Shown here one piece after another: positions 38,747-51,458 of a DNA stretch of 64,000 nucleotides. Under the pieces are notes generated by a model. That model had not been told where the DNA came from. It did no database searches and saw nothing but the letters and a program-made list of their open reading frames with translations. Where the stretch lies: NCBI GenBank assembly GCA_963716725.1, contig CAVQUB010000021.1, positions 1 to 64,000 on the forward strand. The letters are read 5' to 3'. Made by a program: the position numbers and the translations under genes. Positions within the stretch are counted from its first letter, which is position 1, and every line of letters begins with the position of its first letter. This stretch comes from an uncultured delta proteobacterium (GTDB lineage: Bacteria; Myxococcota_A; Polyangia; Polyangiales; Polyangiaceae).

Positions 38747-40739
38747 AGATCGTCCTCCTGGCTCGGACCGAGCAGACTACCAGCGTCCACGAAGCTCTTG
38801 AGCTCCGGCTCGCGGACCGGGCTGATCCCCAGCTTTTGCTCGATCAGCTTGTGAGCGATGGGCAAGAAGTCCTCGGTGTTGACGATGCCGACCAGGCGCT
38901 CGTTCTGCAAGACCGGCAGGCAGCCGATCCGGTAGCGCTGCATCAGTTTCAGCGCGTCGAGAGTGTCCGTCTCGGGCGTAATGGTCTTGACCTCGCGGCG
39001 CATGATCTTGGACACGGGAGTGTCTTTGGTGGAGCCGCCGGCCGCAAGAAAGCGCAGCAGGGACCGGTAGCTGACCAGCCCGATCAAGCGGTGGTCCTTG
39101 TCTTCCACGGGGATGTGCCGCAGCCGCTCCCAGTCCATCAGAATGTTGACCATCTCGACCGGGTCATCCGCGTGGACCGTGAACAGATCCGTGGTCATGT
39201 ACTGATCCACTTTGAGATAATTGTGGTGCGAGGCCGACGCCTCGTCGAGGCGAGCGCGTTCCCATTCGGCGACCGGACGCCGAGTGAGCTGTCGCTTGAC
39301 CGTGGCCGCGACCAGGGCGTTGGCCTTCTCGCCGGGGGTGCCCTTGTCTTTCAGCGCGTTCCACGACAAGAGCTGCCAGCGCGCGCCGGTGCGCGTGCTG
39401 CGAACACGCGCGTCGACGACGCCAAGGTAGCGCTTGATATCTGCCTCGTCGACCTTCTGGCGCCGGAGCCCGGACTCCGCGATGGGCAACAGCTTGTCGA
39501 GCACGAGAGGAACAGCAGCGACGTCCTTGCCGTCGAGCCAGCTGAAGGTCGAGCCGAGCCCCTCGCGGGCGGCGGTGTAGAAGTTCGAGCCCGCCGCGTC
39601 GAAGTCCATCCGTTTGTCGGCCTCGAAGCCCCGCGCCCCGAGCTCCGCCATCATCCCGAACCAGAAGGCTCCGTTCGCGACCTCGTCGACGACGCTGGGC
39701 CCCGCGGGCATCACGCGGTTCTCGATGCGCAGGTGCGCCTTGCCGTCGGTGACGCCGAAGCAGGCGCGGTTCCATCGGTAGATGGTGCCGTTGTGCAGAC
39801 GCAGGGCCTTGAGCTGCGGCAGCTCGCCGCGGTCGAGGACCGCCATCGGGTCTTCGTCGAGGTCCGTGCCGACGAGCGTGCGGAAGCGCGCGATGTCTTC
39901 CTGGAAGATCTCGACGATGGACTTGCGCACCCAGCGCGTGCCGAAGCTGACCCGGGCCTCGCTCTCGCGCAGGTGCAGGTGTGGCTGCGCGTGTCGACCG
40001 CCTGTCGGAAGAGCGCGATGCGCGTCTCGGCCCACAGCCGGCGTCCGAACAGGAGCGGCGAGTTGGCCGAGATCGACATCATGGGCCCGGCCAGGAGCTG
40101 CGCCAGGTTGTACATGCGCGCGAACTCCGCCGGCTCGACCTGAAGGTGGACCTGGAAGCTCGAGTTGCAGGCCTCGACCATCACCGAGTCGTGCTCGATG
40201 ATGAGCTCGTCGAGCCCCTTGATGGAGATCTCGAACTTGCCGTCGCGCAGCTCGTGCATCGACCTTGCCGAGGGTCTGGTAGCGCGGGCTCGGCACCATG
40301 TTGTCCAGGCCGAGGTCGCTCTTGCGCATGGTCGGCAGGATGCCCATCAGCACCGGCTGCAGGTCGATCTCCGCGGCGGCCTTGCGCGCCTTCTCCATCA
40401 GCTCGTCGAGCTGCCTCTCCATGCGCGAGAGGCCATCGCCCGCCAGCGGCTGAGGATCGCAGTTCGCCTCGAGCTGGAACAGGCCGAGCTCGGTGGTGAA
40501 GTGATCGTCGTCCAGACGCTTCGAGCATCTCGAGGGCGCCCGGCGCCGGGGCCCAGGCCTGATCGACCAGGAACATCTCCTGCTCGGCGCCGATGCGCCG
40601 CACGCCGGTCTCGAACAGACCCTCCTTCAGCATGCGCTCGAGCGCGCGCAGATCCCCGAGAATCGCGTGCGGTGAACTCCCGGCGCTGCTGCGCGTCACT
40701 CTCGGGGTCCACCGCTTTGTGTGATCTCGTAGTCGTCAT
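38743..40739 (-). CDS. Glutamate-cysteine ligase (GCS2-type carboxylate-amine ligase) fused to a CBS pair; frameshifted
   Basis: RIGAEQEMFLVD, SFQVHLQV, ANSPLLFG, HNGTIYRWNR, HLRIENR; C-terminal YMTTDLFTV...RHIPV...IMRREV...GCLPV. Confidence 0.88.
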
Positions 40740-40752
40740 CCCCAGCCCCGTC

Positions 40753-41493
40753 TCACTTGGTCCATTCGGTCGAGGTACTGCGGCAGCATCTTGCGCCAAG
40801 TCACCCAGTCGTGGTGCCAGTCGCGGCCCCACGAGTCGACTCGGTTGGGGATGCCCTGCGACCCAGCGTGTTCGCCATCGCCCACGACTCGCCGATGTCC
40901 TCGGCGCGACCCTCGCCGCTGCACATCAGGATGAAGCGCGTGCGCAGCACGTCGAGGTGCCGGCCGGCCAAGCGTCGGCACGAAGTGGAGCGGCGACGAC
41001 ACCCAGAACTCGTCGCTGAAACTCGCTCGGCGTCGTAGAAGCGACGAAGGTCGTAGGTCCCGCTCATGGCGAGCGCGCGGGAGAAGACGTCGGGGAAGCG
41101 GCACACCATCGCGACCGCGTGGAACGCGCCGATCGACGCGCCGGCGGCCCAGATCTCGATGTCCGGCGTTCTTGCAGTCGGCTCGGATGGCCGGCACGAC
41201 CTCGTGTCTTGATGTAGTAGTGGAACTGGTTCTGCATCCACATCTGGTGGCGGGCGGAGCCCGCGGCGCCCGAGCAGCGCTTGCCCGGCCACGCTGTCGC
41301 ACGAGTAGACCTTGATGCGTGCCGGCGTCGAGCAGCGGCGCGAGCGCGTCGATCATGTGGAAGCGCTCGATCTCCTCGGCGTCGCCGCCGGCGGTGGGGA
41401 AGATCAGCACGGGCTGCCCGAAGCTGCCCCACCGCAGCGAGCGTGACCTCGCGCTCGACAGCGCGGCGAGTACCAGCGCTCGACGGTCTTCAT
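40753..41493 (-). CDS. Alpha/beta-hydrolase esterase; frameshifted
   Basis: FPTAGGDAEE, GASIG nucleophile elbow, WHHDWVTWRKML. Confidence 0.85.
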
Positions 41494-42762
41494 GCTCGCG
41501 GCTGCCTGCCTGCGTCGGCGCGCCACGTTCTGGACCCGATTCCAGAACAGCTCGGTGAACTGCTCGACCTCGTGCGCCGGGAAGAGCGCCGCGACCTTCT
41601 TGCGGACGGCGTCCTTCGCGTCGGGCGTGCCGAAGAACTCCCAGGCGACCTCGTCGAGGTGCGGCAGGTGCTGCTGCGCAGAACTCCTCGAAGCGCGCCG
41701 TCTCGAAGCGCTCCTCGGCGATGCGCCGCGTAGGCGCGCGAGCTTGTCGCGGTAGGGCATGCTCCGCATCGGCCGCGACCTCGTAGAAGGGCGCCCAGTC
41801 CAGGTTCATGCGCAACGGGCCGCTTCGTCACCGCGCAGAAGATCGCACCAGCGGATGTTGGCCTTCACGCAGCCACGGGAAGTGGTAGTGCAGCGACGTC
41901 ACCTGCGAGTCCGGGCAGGGGTTGGCGAAGTCGATGGGGTACCAGACGCCGTCCTTGCGCAGCGACTCGCAGGAGTTGAAGTCCCAGCCGAAGAACGCGT
42001 TGATGGTCAGCGTGATGTCGCGCAGGGGCTGCGCGTCGTCGCCGGCGAGGAAGTCGCCTCTTGGTCCATGGTGTAGCGGTCGTGGAGCGGCGCGTCGGGG
42101 TCGTAGCGCACGATGCGGGTCTGCGGGCCGAGGCCGATGCAGCGCACGAAGCGGTCGAAGGGCTCGCACCGCCGCCTGCAGGTGCATCACCAGCTTGCCG
42201 CTCTCGTCGTAGCGCCTTGCGCAGCGCCGCCTCGTCGTCGATGCGGCTCACCGCCCTCCAGCCGCCGCCGTCGTAGGGCTTCATGAACATCGGATAGCCG
42301 AGCGTTCGCCCGATCTTGCCGAGGTCGAAGAGCTTGGCGTAGCTGCTGGAGCGTCGGCTTGCAGGTCCGGCAGCGGCTCGTAGCTCTTCGGCGGCACCAT
42401 CCAGGTCTCGGGGATGGGCATGCCGAGGTGCATCATGGCGCAGTAGGTCGTGTGCTTCTCCATGGACTGCACGGACCACGGGTTGTTGAACACGTAGAGG
42501 CCGTCCATGAGGATGGCCTTCTTGATCCACTCGCGGCTGGTGTGATACCAGTGCGTGAGCCGGTCGAGCACGACGTCGTAGCGGCACGGCTGGCGCAGAT
42601 CGAAGGGCTCGATGGTGACGCGCTCGACCTCGAAGCCGACGCGTGTCGCCCTGCCAGTCGGGATGGCGAGGTCGAGCTGCTGCAGGATCTGCTCGTAGCA
42701 GAGCGGCCAGCAGATGTCGGCGCCGAGCGAGAGGCCGATGTGCGCGTGACGATCGTCGCCAT
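41490..42762 (-). CDS. ATP-grasp protein (RimK/glutathione-synthetase-like); frameshifted
   Basis: LDRLTHWY, FNNPW, YPMFMKPYDGGGW, FNSCE, IDFANPCPD. Confidence 0.82.
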
Positions 42763-42776
42763 CGATCGTGTTCCCT

Positions 42777-43920
42777 CTACTCGTAGACGAACAAGCAGCG
42801 GACCGGGGAAGAGCCAGGACAGGCCCTCGCGCAGGCGGTCGCGCCAGTTCTCCCAGTTGTGACCGTCGCGCGCCTCGACGAAGCGCACGTCCATGCCGGT
42901 GGCCTGCGAGCAGCGGCGACGAGCGAGCGGTTCTCGTAGATCAGCGACTCGTAGATGCCGCAGCTCACGAAGATGCGCTCGGAGATCGGCGATCGGGCCG
43001 CGCCCGGAGCTGGTTGACGAACTCGACCACCGGGTCGAAGAGCGGGCCGCGGTGGTTGCGGTCGCCGATGTCGGTGAAGGCGAACGAGCCCGACTGCAGC
43101 AGCAGCCGCCCGAAGAAGCCCGGGTAGCGGCACGCGGTGGAGAGCGCGGCGACGGCGCCGAAGCTCGCGCCCATCAGGCAGCGCGCCTGCGGTCGACGTC
43201 GAGCGGGAACGCGCGCTCGAGCTGCGGCACCAGCTCGTCGGTCGAGGAAGCGCGCGTGGCGCTCGTCGTTGGCGTACTCCACGAGCCGGTCGGGCGAGCT
43301 CGTCAGCGCCACGATCATGTCGGGGATCTCGAGGCGGTGCGATCAGGTTGTCGAGGATGGTGCCGAGCGCCGCGTAGCGCAGGTAGTCGTGGCCGTCGTG
43401 CACGATCAGCAGCGGGTAGCGGCGAGTCCTGCGGAAGCGCGCGGGCAGGTAGATCTCGAGCCGGCGCCGGCCGAAGACCTTGGAGTCGAGCACGAGCTCG
43501 TCGATCTGCCGGGTCGCGACTCGGGATCGGGGTAGATCCAGGTCGGGACCTCGTAGCCCTCGCCGTGCGCCACCGAGTTCGCGCCGAAGGGGTCGCGGGC
43601 TGGTTGCGGGGTTGAGCGGATCCTCCATCCACTCGCCGTTGCCGCCCGCGAACGACCTCGAGCTTGTACTCGACCCGCGAGCTGGGCGGCAGCTCGAGCG
43701 TCAGGTACCAAACGTCCGTGCCGTCGACGCGGGTGAGCTGCTGGGACGACGGCAGGCCGAAGACCCAGTGCTTGAGGTGGATGGCGTCGGCGTCGCCGCG
43801 GAAGACGAAGGTGATGGCCGGCCCCTCGACGATGGGGAAGGACCTGCCCGCGAAGAAGGCATCCACCGCCTCGGCGGTGCGCGGGCCCTGGGCGAGCTCA
43901 GTGATGGCGCGGGCGCTCAT
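42777..43920 (-). CDS. Esterase (enterochelin-esterase-like) with a probable N-terminal CBM48/early-set domain; frameshifted
   Basis: ITFVFRG...WYLTLELP...VEYK...DPLNP; YLP...YPLLIVHDG; GASFG; DGHNWENWR. Confidence 0.82.
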
Positions 43921-44850
43921 CCGGACCATCCCCGCTCGATGGTGCCGTCGCCCCGAGTCGGCGGCAGATGGCGCTGGCAGACGCGGCCCTCTGCGACGTG
44001 CACGCGGGCGCCCGTGTCCATCGCCACGCAGGTCGCCGGCGCGATGCGCTGCACGAAGCGCGCGATGCCCGCCGCGTCGTCGAGTCCGAATTCGACGCCG
44101 CGGATCGGGCAAGCACAACCAGGTCGTTCACCAACCCAAGACCACGGTCGAGGATCTCCGCGATGCCGGTGCCGTGGGGTGGAAAGTCATGGAACAAGTA
44201 GATGCGTTCGGTCAGCACCATGGCGCCGGCCGCAGCGGCGAACCAGCGCTTGTCCTTGGCGAGGCCGACCAGGTCGAAGAGTTTCATCCGATTCAGGAGC
44301 GAGACGACGTGGCCGCCCATGACCACGATGGCCTCGACGCCCCGCAGAATGTCCGCGAGCTCGGCGCGGTGCTGGGCGACCGCGGGGCGCTCGGCGAGGC
44401 GCCACTGCTCCTCGAATCGCTCGTGAGCGGTCTGACAACGCTCGAGGTGATCGCCGTCGAGTTGTTCGAGGGCCTCGACTGACTCGTGACGCTCCTCGGC
44501 CAGGAGATCTTCGTCGACGTGTCGGACCGAGATGGCGTGTGCCGCTTCGAACTGCGTGCTCCAGCCGGATGCGGTAGAAGTCGTTGACCAAGCGCAGGCG
44601 CGCCTGCTTGCGACTTGTGCGCCGCGGAAAACTCGGGATCGGCCGCGAAGACCTGCTCCGAGCGCGCGTGCAGCGTGAGGTTTACGAGCTTCGATCGCCG
44701 ATGCTCTCGATCAAAGCTTGGTCGTCGGCCTCGCGCTCCTGCCAGCCGGCGGTGACCAGCGCCACCGGCCCACGAACGCCAGCGATCGCGAGCGCCGCGC
44801 CGACGTCGGGGACGGGTTGCTGCGGACCGAGCAGAACTACGTTGGGAACG
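43898..44850 (-). CDS. Peptidase S51 / class I glutamine-amidotransferase-like protein; frameshifted
   Basis: VALVTAGWQERE, IVVMGGHVVSLLNR, AAGAMVL, LGLV; the usual nucleophile Ser position reads Ala. Confidence 0.6.
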
Positions 44851-44854
44851 ACGC

Positions 44855-46082
44855 TCAGTTGGCCCACACTTTCACCGTCTGACCGACGATGTCGAACATG
44901 CGCCGGAGCTCGTCGTAGTTCTCGTGCTTCAGCCGCAGCCAGGCGTTGGCCATGTAGCCAGCCTCGACGGGCTGCGTGCTGCGTGCCTGGCGGCGGGGTA
45001 TGCGCGTCGATGATGTGCTGACCGAAGGACTTTCCGATGGCTTCCAGCCCTTCGTAGCCGCTGATGCGACCATCTTGGCTGGGGCGCAGCGCGATGATGC
45101 CGGCCGACAGTCTCCGCGACGGGCGCTGGCTCGGCCGCCCGTGGCAGATGGTCATCGCCCACTCGCGGTAGAGGTCCATGTCGTTGCCGACGTTGTAGAG
45201 ATCCCACGCGCGCACGCCCGGCGGGCGGCAGCCGATCTCCGAGAACTTGAGGCCCTTTGGCCCGAAGAACCACTCCATGTGCGTGGCCGAGGTCTCGATG
45301 CCGAGCAGCTCGATGACCTTGCGACCCATCGCCTTGACCTCGTCGTAGCCCGAGGCCGAGTCGATGCGATTGGTGGCGATGAACTGCGGCGAGATCCAGC
45401 GCGTGCGCATGGCCTCGAGCACGTTCGGGTAGTAGTGCGTGACGAACTCGTGCACGACCTGCCCGCTCGATGCTGAGCGTGTCGTAGAAGCCCTCGTGGC
45501 CCTCGATGAACTCCTCGACGGCGATGGAGCGGCCCGGCTGCCCAAGGCGAGAAGCCGCCCAAGATCTTGCTCAAGTCGGCCAGGCTGTCGGCTCGGTAGG
45601 CCCCGGAAGCTCCGGCCGCGTCGCGCGGCTTCAAGATCACCGGGAAGCCGATCTGCTCCACGAAGGCGCGCACCTCAGCCACGCTCGACGCGCCGGTGGA
45701 TGCGCGCAAGACACCCCGCCAGCGCGCAGCGCCTCTTTCATCGCCGGCTTGTCGCGGCACAGGAAGGCCGTCCGCACCGAGGTGCCGGGGATGCCTGCGG
45801 CCTCTCGCACCTTGGCGATCGGCATGATGTGCGCCTCGACGGTGGCCTCGAGGCGATCGACGTGGGCCCGCTTCTGGATGAAGCGCAGCGCTCGCAGCAC
45901 CGCGCCCTCGTCGCAGACGATCCGACCTCTTCGTAGTGCAGGAGCCAGCGCTTGAGCTCGTCGTCGAGCGAGTCCTTGCTGCCCTCGCCGATGGCCGTGA
46001 CCGTGGCGCCGACCTCGGCGAGCGCTCGCACGAAGAGCTTCTGGTTGCCGGGAAAGCGGGGCTCGATGAAGACGACGTGCAT
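44855..46082 (-). CDS. ATP-grasp ligase; frameshifted
   Basis: MHVVFIEPRFP; CRDKPAMK, ILKPRDAAGA, THMEWF, SEIGCRPPG. Confidence 0.88.
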
Positions 46083-46127
46083 GGCGGTTTCTTTCACGAA
46101 GGAGTCGCGACGATCAAGGGCTTGATT

Positions 46128-47584
46128 TCACAACCTCTGGAGTCGCTCGTAGAGCTGTTCGTACTGTTTGGCCTGCACCGCCCACGAGAAGTCCTGCGCC
46201 ATGCCGTTTTGCATGAGCCTTCCTCCAGGTGGCGGGGTCTTTGTAGTGCGCAAGGGCGGCCTCGATGCCCCAAGTGAGACCCTGAGCGTCGTGGTTGCTC
46301 GAAAGGGAAGCCCGTGCCGCGCCCCGTGCGTGAGTTGAAGAGCTGCACCGTGTCGGCGAGCCCGCCGGTCTTGTGCACGATGGGCACGGTGCCGTAGCGC
46401 AGACTGTAGAGCTGGTTGAGACCACAGGGCTCGTAGCGCGAGGGCATCACGAACATGTCCGCGCCGGCCTCGATCAGGTGCGCGAGCTCGTTGCTGAAGC
46501 CGCGGTAGAAGCAGACCTGCCGGGGGAAGGTGCGCTGGAGTGCGCCGAACATCTCTTCGAGGTGGTGCTCGCCGCTGCCGAGCAGGACGAACTGAAAGCC
46601 TGGCGCCGCAGCAGACGGCCGAGCACCCCCGCCAGGAGGTCGAGCCCTTTCTGGCCGACCATGCGCGTCACCGAGCCGATGACCGGCGTGCCGCGCCGGT
46701 ACTCGAGGCCGAGCGCGCCGAGCAACGCCGCCTTGTTGCGCTCTTTGCCGGACAGATCCGTCGCGCCGTAGGCGGTGCGGAATGAAGCGGGTCGTGCTCG
46801 GGGCTCCACTCGTCGTAGTCCACACCGTTCAGGATGCCGACCACCGTCGATTTGCGCATGCGCAAGAATGGATCGAGGCCGGCGCCGTGCTCGGGCGACT
46901 GGATCTCTCGCGAGTACCTCGGGCTCACCGTGGTGATCCCGTCGGCGTAGAGCACCCCGTGCAGGAGGAAGCTCAGGCGACCCTCGCTTCAGGTAATCCT
47001 GATGGAACAGGTGCGCGGCGCGCCGCCAGGCCGGTTTCGGGCAGCACATGTGCCGGGAAAATGCCCTGGTATTGCAGGTTGTGGATGGTGAGCAGGCTGC
47101 GCGCACGGGAGAGCAAGGGATCCCGCGCATAGCTGCTCTTGAGCGCGAGCGGGACGAGGGCGGTCTGCCAGTCGTGGCAGTGCACCACGTCGGGCGCGAA
47201 GCGTAGCCGGCGGCAGGCTTCGAGGGCGGCAAACGAGAGCACGAGGAAGCGCAGATGCTCATCCCCGTCGGCGGTGTAAATGCTGGAACGGGAGAACAGC
47301 TCGGGGCTGTAGACGAAGTAGATCTCGAGGTCGGTCCCGGGCAGGATAACGCTGGCGATGCCCACGCTGAAGCGGCGGGACCCGAGCTGGATCTGCACGG
47401 GTCCGAGTCCAGGCAGCGGCCTGAGGCGGTATTTGCGTTGATCGATCTGCGCGTAAGCCGGCAAGAACACGCGCACGTCGTGGCCGAGCCTGTGCATCTG
47501 CCGCGGCAACGCGCCGAGCACGTCTGCGAGCCCCCCCGTCTTGGCGAATGGCGCCATTTCTGGCGCGATGTACAGGAGCCGCAC
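46128..47584 (-). CDS. glgA: Glycogen synthase; frameshifted
   Basis: EMAPFAKTGGLADV, HCHDWQT, TIHNLQYQG, MPSRYEPCGLNQ, TGGLADTV. Confidence 0.95.
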
Positions 47585-47766
47585 GGGAGCCGCACGATGA
47601 CACAAGACCGAGCGCGCGTCCCATCCGTCGCGGCTCGAGGGCTGATTCTCCCCGGGAACAGCGCTCGCACCGGCGCGAGTTGCGGGCGAAGGGGCGGGCT
47701 CGAGCCCGCGCTCCCCGCACTGCCGTTGATGGGCACGCCACGCCGAGGCAGAATGCGCCGGGGTAG

Positions 47767-49305
<1,539 letters not shown>

Positions 49306-49317
49306 GCCACGCGGCGC

Positions 49318-49779
49318 TCACTTGTCGAGCCGCGCCTTGAGCGCCGCCAGCTCGTCGTCGACGGAATCGTCGGGCGCCGGGCTCGGAGCTCGCGCGGGCG
49401 GCGCCGGCACGCGGAGCTTGGCGGAGGGGCTGACCGCAGCGGAAGCAGTCGCCGCTGGCCTGAGCTTCCGCGCGGCGCGATTTCGCCAGCGGTGGCGTCC
49501 GTACAGGGCCGCGAGGCCGACCAGCCCGGCGAGAAAGAAGTACTGCCAGTAGGAGAGCACCATGCCGACGACGCCGAGCACGAGCAAGAGACCGACGGCG
49601 CCGAGCACCAGCAGCTTGGTGCGCTTCTTCCTCTTCTGTTCGGCTTCGCGTTCGGCCCGCTCCGCCCGCTCTTCGTCCGTCGACAAGGCGTCCTCGAAGG
49701 CGCGCTTGGCGGCGCGCTTGGCTTGGCCGAGTGCAGCCGTGGCCGTCAGCTCTTCCGCCGCTTTCTTCAGGTCTGCCAT
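49318..49779 (-). CDS. Small membrane protein
   Basis: Two TM segments; C-terminal VDDELAALKARL. Confidence 0.65.
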   Translation of the reverse strand: MADLKKAAEELTATAALGQAKRAAKRAFEDALSTDEERAERAEREAEQKRKKRTKLLVLGAVGLLLVLGVVGMVLSYWQYFFLAGLVGLAALYGRHRWRNRAARKLRPAATASAAVSPSAKLRVPAPPARAPSPAPDDSVDDELAALKARLDK

Positions 49780-49797
49780 GCGCGCTCGCCGACGCCT

Positions 49798-50703
49798 CTA
49801 CAGCCGGAGCAAGTCGCCGAGACCCAGACGGTCCATCCACGGGAAGGGCAGCCGCACCTGGGAGCCGAAGTGCTCGGTGGACATCGGCTCGAAGACCACG
49901 GTGATGGTCGAGAACATGACCAACTCGGCGAGCAACTTCAGCTTGCCCCGCATGCTCTCGAGCGAGATGGTCACACGCTCGAGCTCTCGCTGAACCTCCA
50001 GGGACTCTTCGACGGTCTTGGCCTTTTCGAGCAGGTCTTCGAGGCGCTTCTTCACGACCTCGAGGTTCTTCATGCGGGTCTGCATGTCGAAATAGAGATC
50101 GGTCACGTCCTCGATACTGACGTTTCGGTGCACCAGATCACCGAGCCGCACCAGCTCGTCGAGCGCGTCGTCGAACCTGGCGCTGGGAACCCGCACGGTG
50201 ATGCGACTGTCCTCGCGCACGACCAGATAACCGCCTCGTCGTTTGGCGAGCTTTTCGACGGCGTCAATGGCCTTCGGAACTTCGCGCACGCGCAGCCGCA
50301 GCTCGGCGGTGTACACGAGCATCTGCGAGGCGACGGTCGGCTTGGCTTGCCCATCGGTGGCGGGCTTCGAAGACTGTCCGGCGACGGGCTGCTGGGTCGG
50401 AGGCTGTGGTCGCTTGTCGGCCTCGGGGCGCGCCTTCGCAGGGGCCGGTGCTCCGGTCGCTTCGCTTCCGGCCGAGTCTGTCGCGGACTCGGGCGAGGGA
50501 GCGGGCGGCGGCGGCGGGGACTCGGACGCCGACTCGTCCATCATCGCCACCTCGTCCACGCTCTCCGCGGAGCGCCCGGCGCTCACCGACTGCGCGTAGG
50601 CGCCGCCGCTGGGTCCACGGTCGGCGCTCTTGGCCGATGCGCCGCAGCCCACGAGGGTGAGCAGCAACAGACAGAAGAGACCCCAACGCAGCGCCTGGTT
50701 CAT
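49798..50703 (-). CDS. DUF4349-family lipoprotein
   Basis: Lipobox LVGC; LVYTAEL...GGY...ITVRVPS...EDVT, followed by a coiled coil. Confidence 0.85.
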   Translation of the reverse strand: MNQALRWGLFCLLLLTLVGCGASAKSADRGPSGGAYAQSVSAGRSAESVDEVAMMDESASESPPPPPAPSPESATDSAGSEATGAPAPAKARPEADKRPQPPTQQPVAGQSSKPATDGQAKPTVASQMLVYTAELRLRVREVPKAIDAVEKLAKRRGGYLVVREDSRITVRVPSARFDDALDELVRLGDLVHRNVSIEDVTDLYFDMQTRMKNLEVVKKRLEDLLEKAKTVEESLEVQRELERVTISLESMRGKLKLLAELVMFSTITVVFEPMSTEHFGSQVRLPFPWMDRLGLGDLLRL

Positions 50704-50758
50704 GGCGGGCCGAGCGTACCACGCGAACAGGCCGGCGGCGGCCCAGGTCGAGACCTCA

Positions 50759-51227
50759 GAGCCTGTGAAAGAATCCCCGCCGCCCACGAAGGAAGGAGCA
50801 CCGGCAGCGCTTCGGGGTCGCCGGCATGGGGGCGAGGCGCGCGAGGACGCTGGGTCGGGTCTGTGCGGAGCCGCGAGCAGCAGTGTCGCGGACTGGGCGC
50901 GAGCGCTTCCGACCTGGACGCCTTCCCGCCCGGAGCTCTACCGCGCTCGAAGGCGAAACGGTCCTGCCAAGCGTCAGTTCCGGACCCACTGCGCTGCCGC
51001 TGACAAGGACCTGAGGGGGCGTCCCGTGCACGACCCTTGGAAGTCCCTGGCGAGGGACGACCCTTGGAAGTCCCTGGCGAGGGACGACCCTTGGAAGTCC
51101 CTGGCGAGGGACGACCCTTGGAAGTCCCTGGCGAGGGACGACCCTTGGAAGTCCCTGGCGAGGGACGACCCTTGGAAGTCCCTGGCGAGGGACGACCCTT
51201 GGAGGGGGGCGTGCAAGCACCGTCCCA
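50759..51227 (-). mobile_element. Non-autonomous (MITE-like) relative of the neighbouring IS1182-family element, inverted
   Basis: Reverse complements of 51204-51227 and 50977-51031 resemble the IS left end 52740-52826; GAGCCTGTGAAAGAATC at 50759 resembles the IS right end read inward (GAGGGTGAGAAGAAATC). Confidence 0.55.
51031..51203 (+). repeat. Perfect 27-bp tandem repeat, 6 copies plus a partial copy
   Basis: CGACCCTTGGAAGTCCCTGGCGAGGGA at 51031, 51058, 51085, 51112, 51139 and 51166; partial at 51193; no spacers. Confidence 0.97.
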
Positions 51228-51458
51228 CGCTCGGCGTCACGAGGGAAAGAGCACCGCATCCCCATTTCTTTCTTGACGCGGTTCCAGGCGACTCGGGCTC
51301 GCACTTCGCCGGGCATGTCACCGAAGGCCTCTCTGTTGCGCGACGAAGCTCGCCCATCGTGTTTCGCTCGAGCGACGACGCGCGACGCGTTTGGACGCGT
51401 GAAACGCGCTCACCGTGTCGGCCGCGAGGCCAAAAAACAGCGTGTTATGCCAGAAAGC

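Noticed and set aside
51031..51203. 27-bp repeats as a CRISPR array
   Set aside because: Units are head-to-tail identical with no unique spacers, and no cas genes are present.
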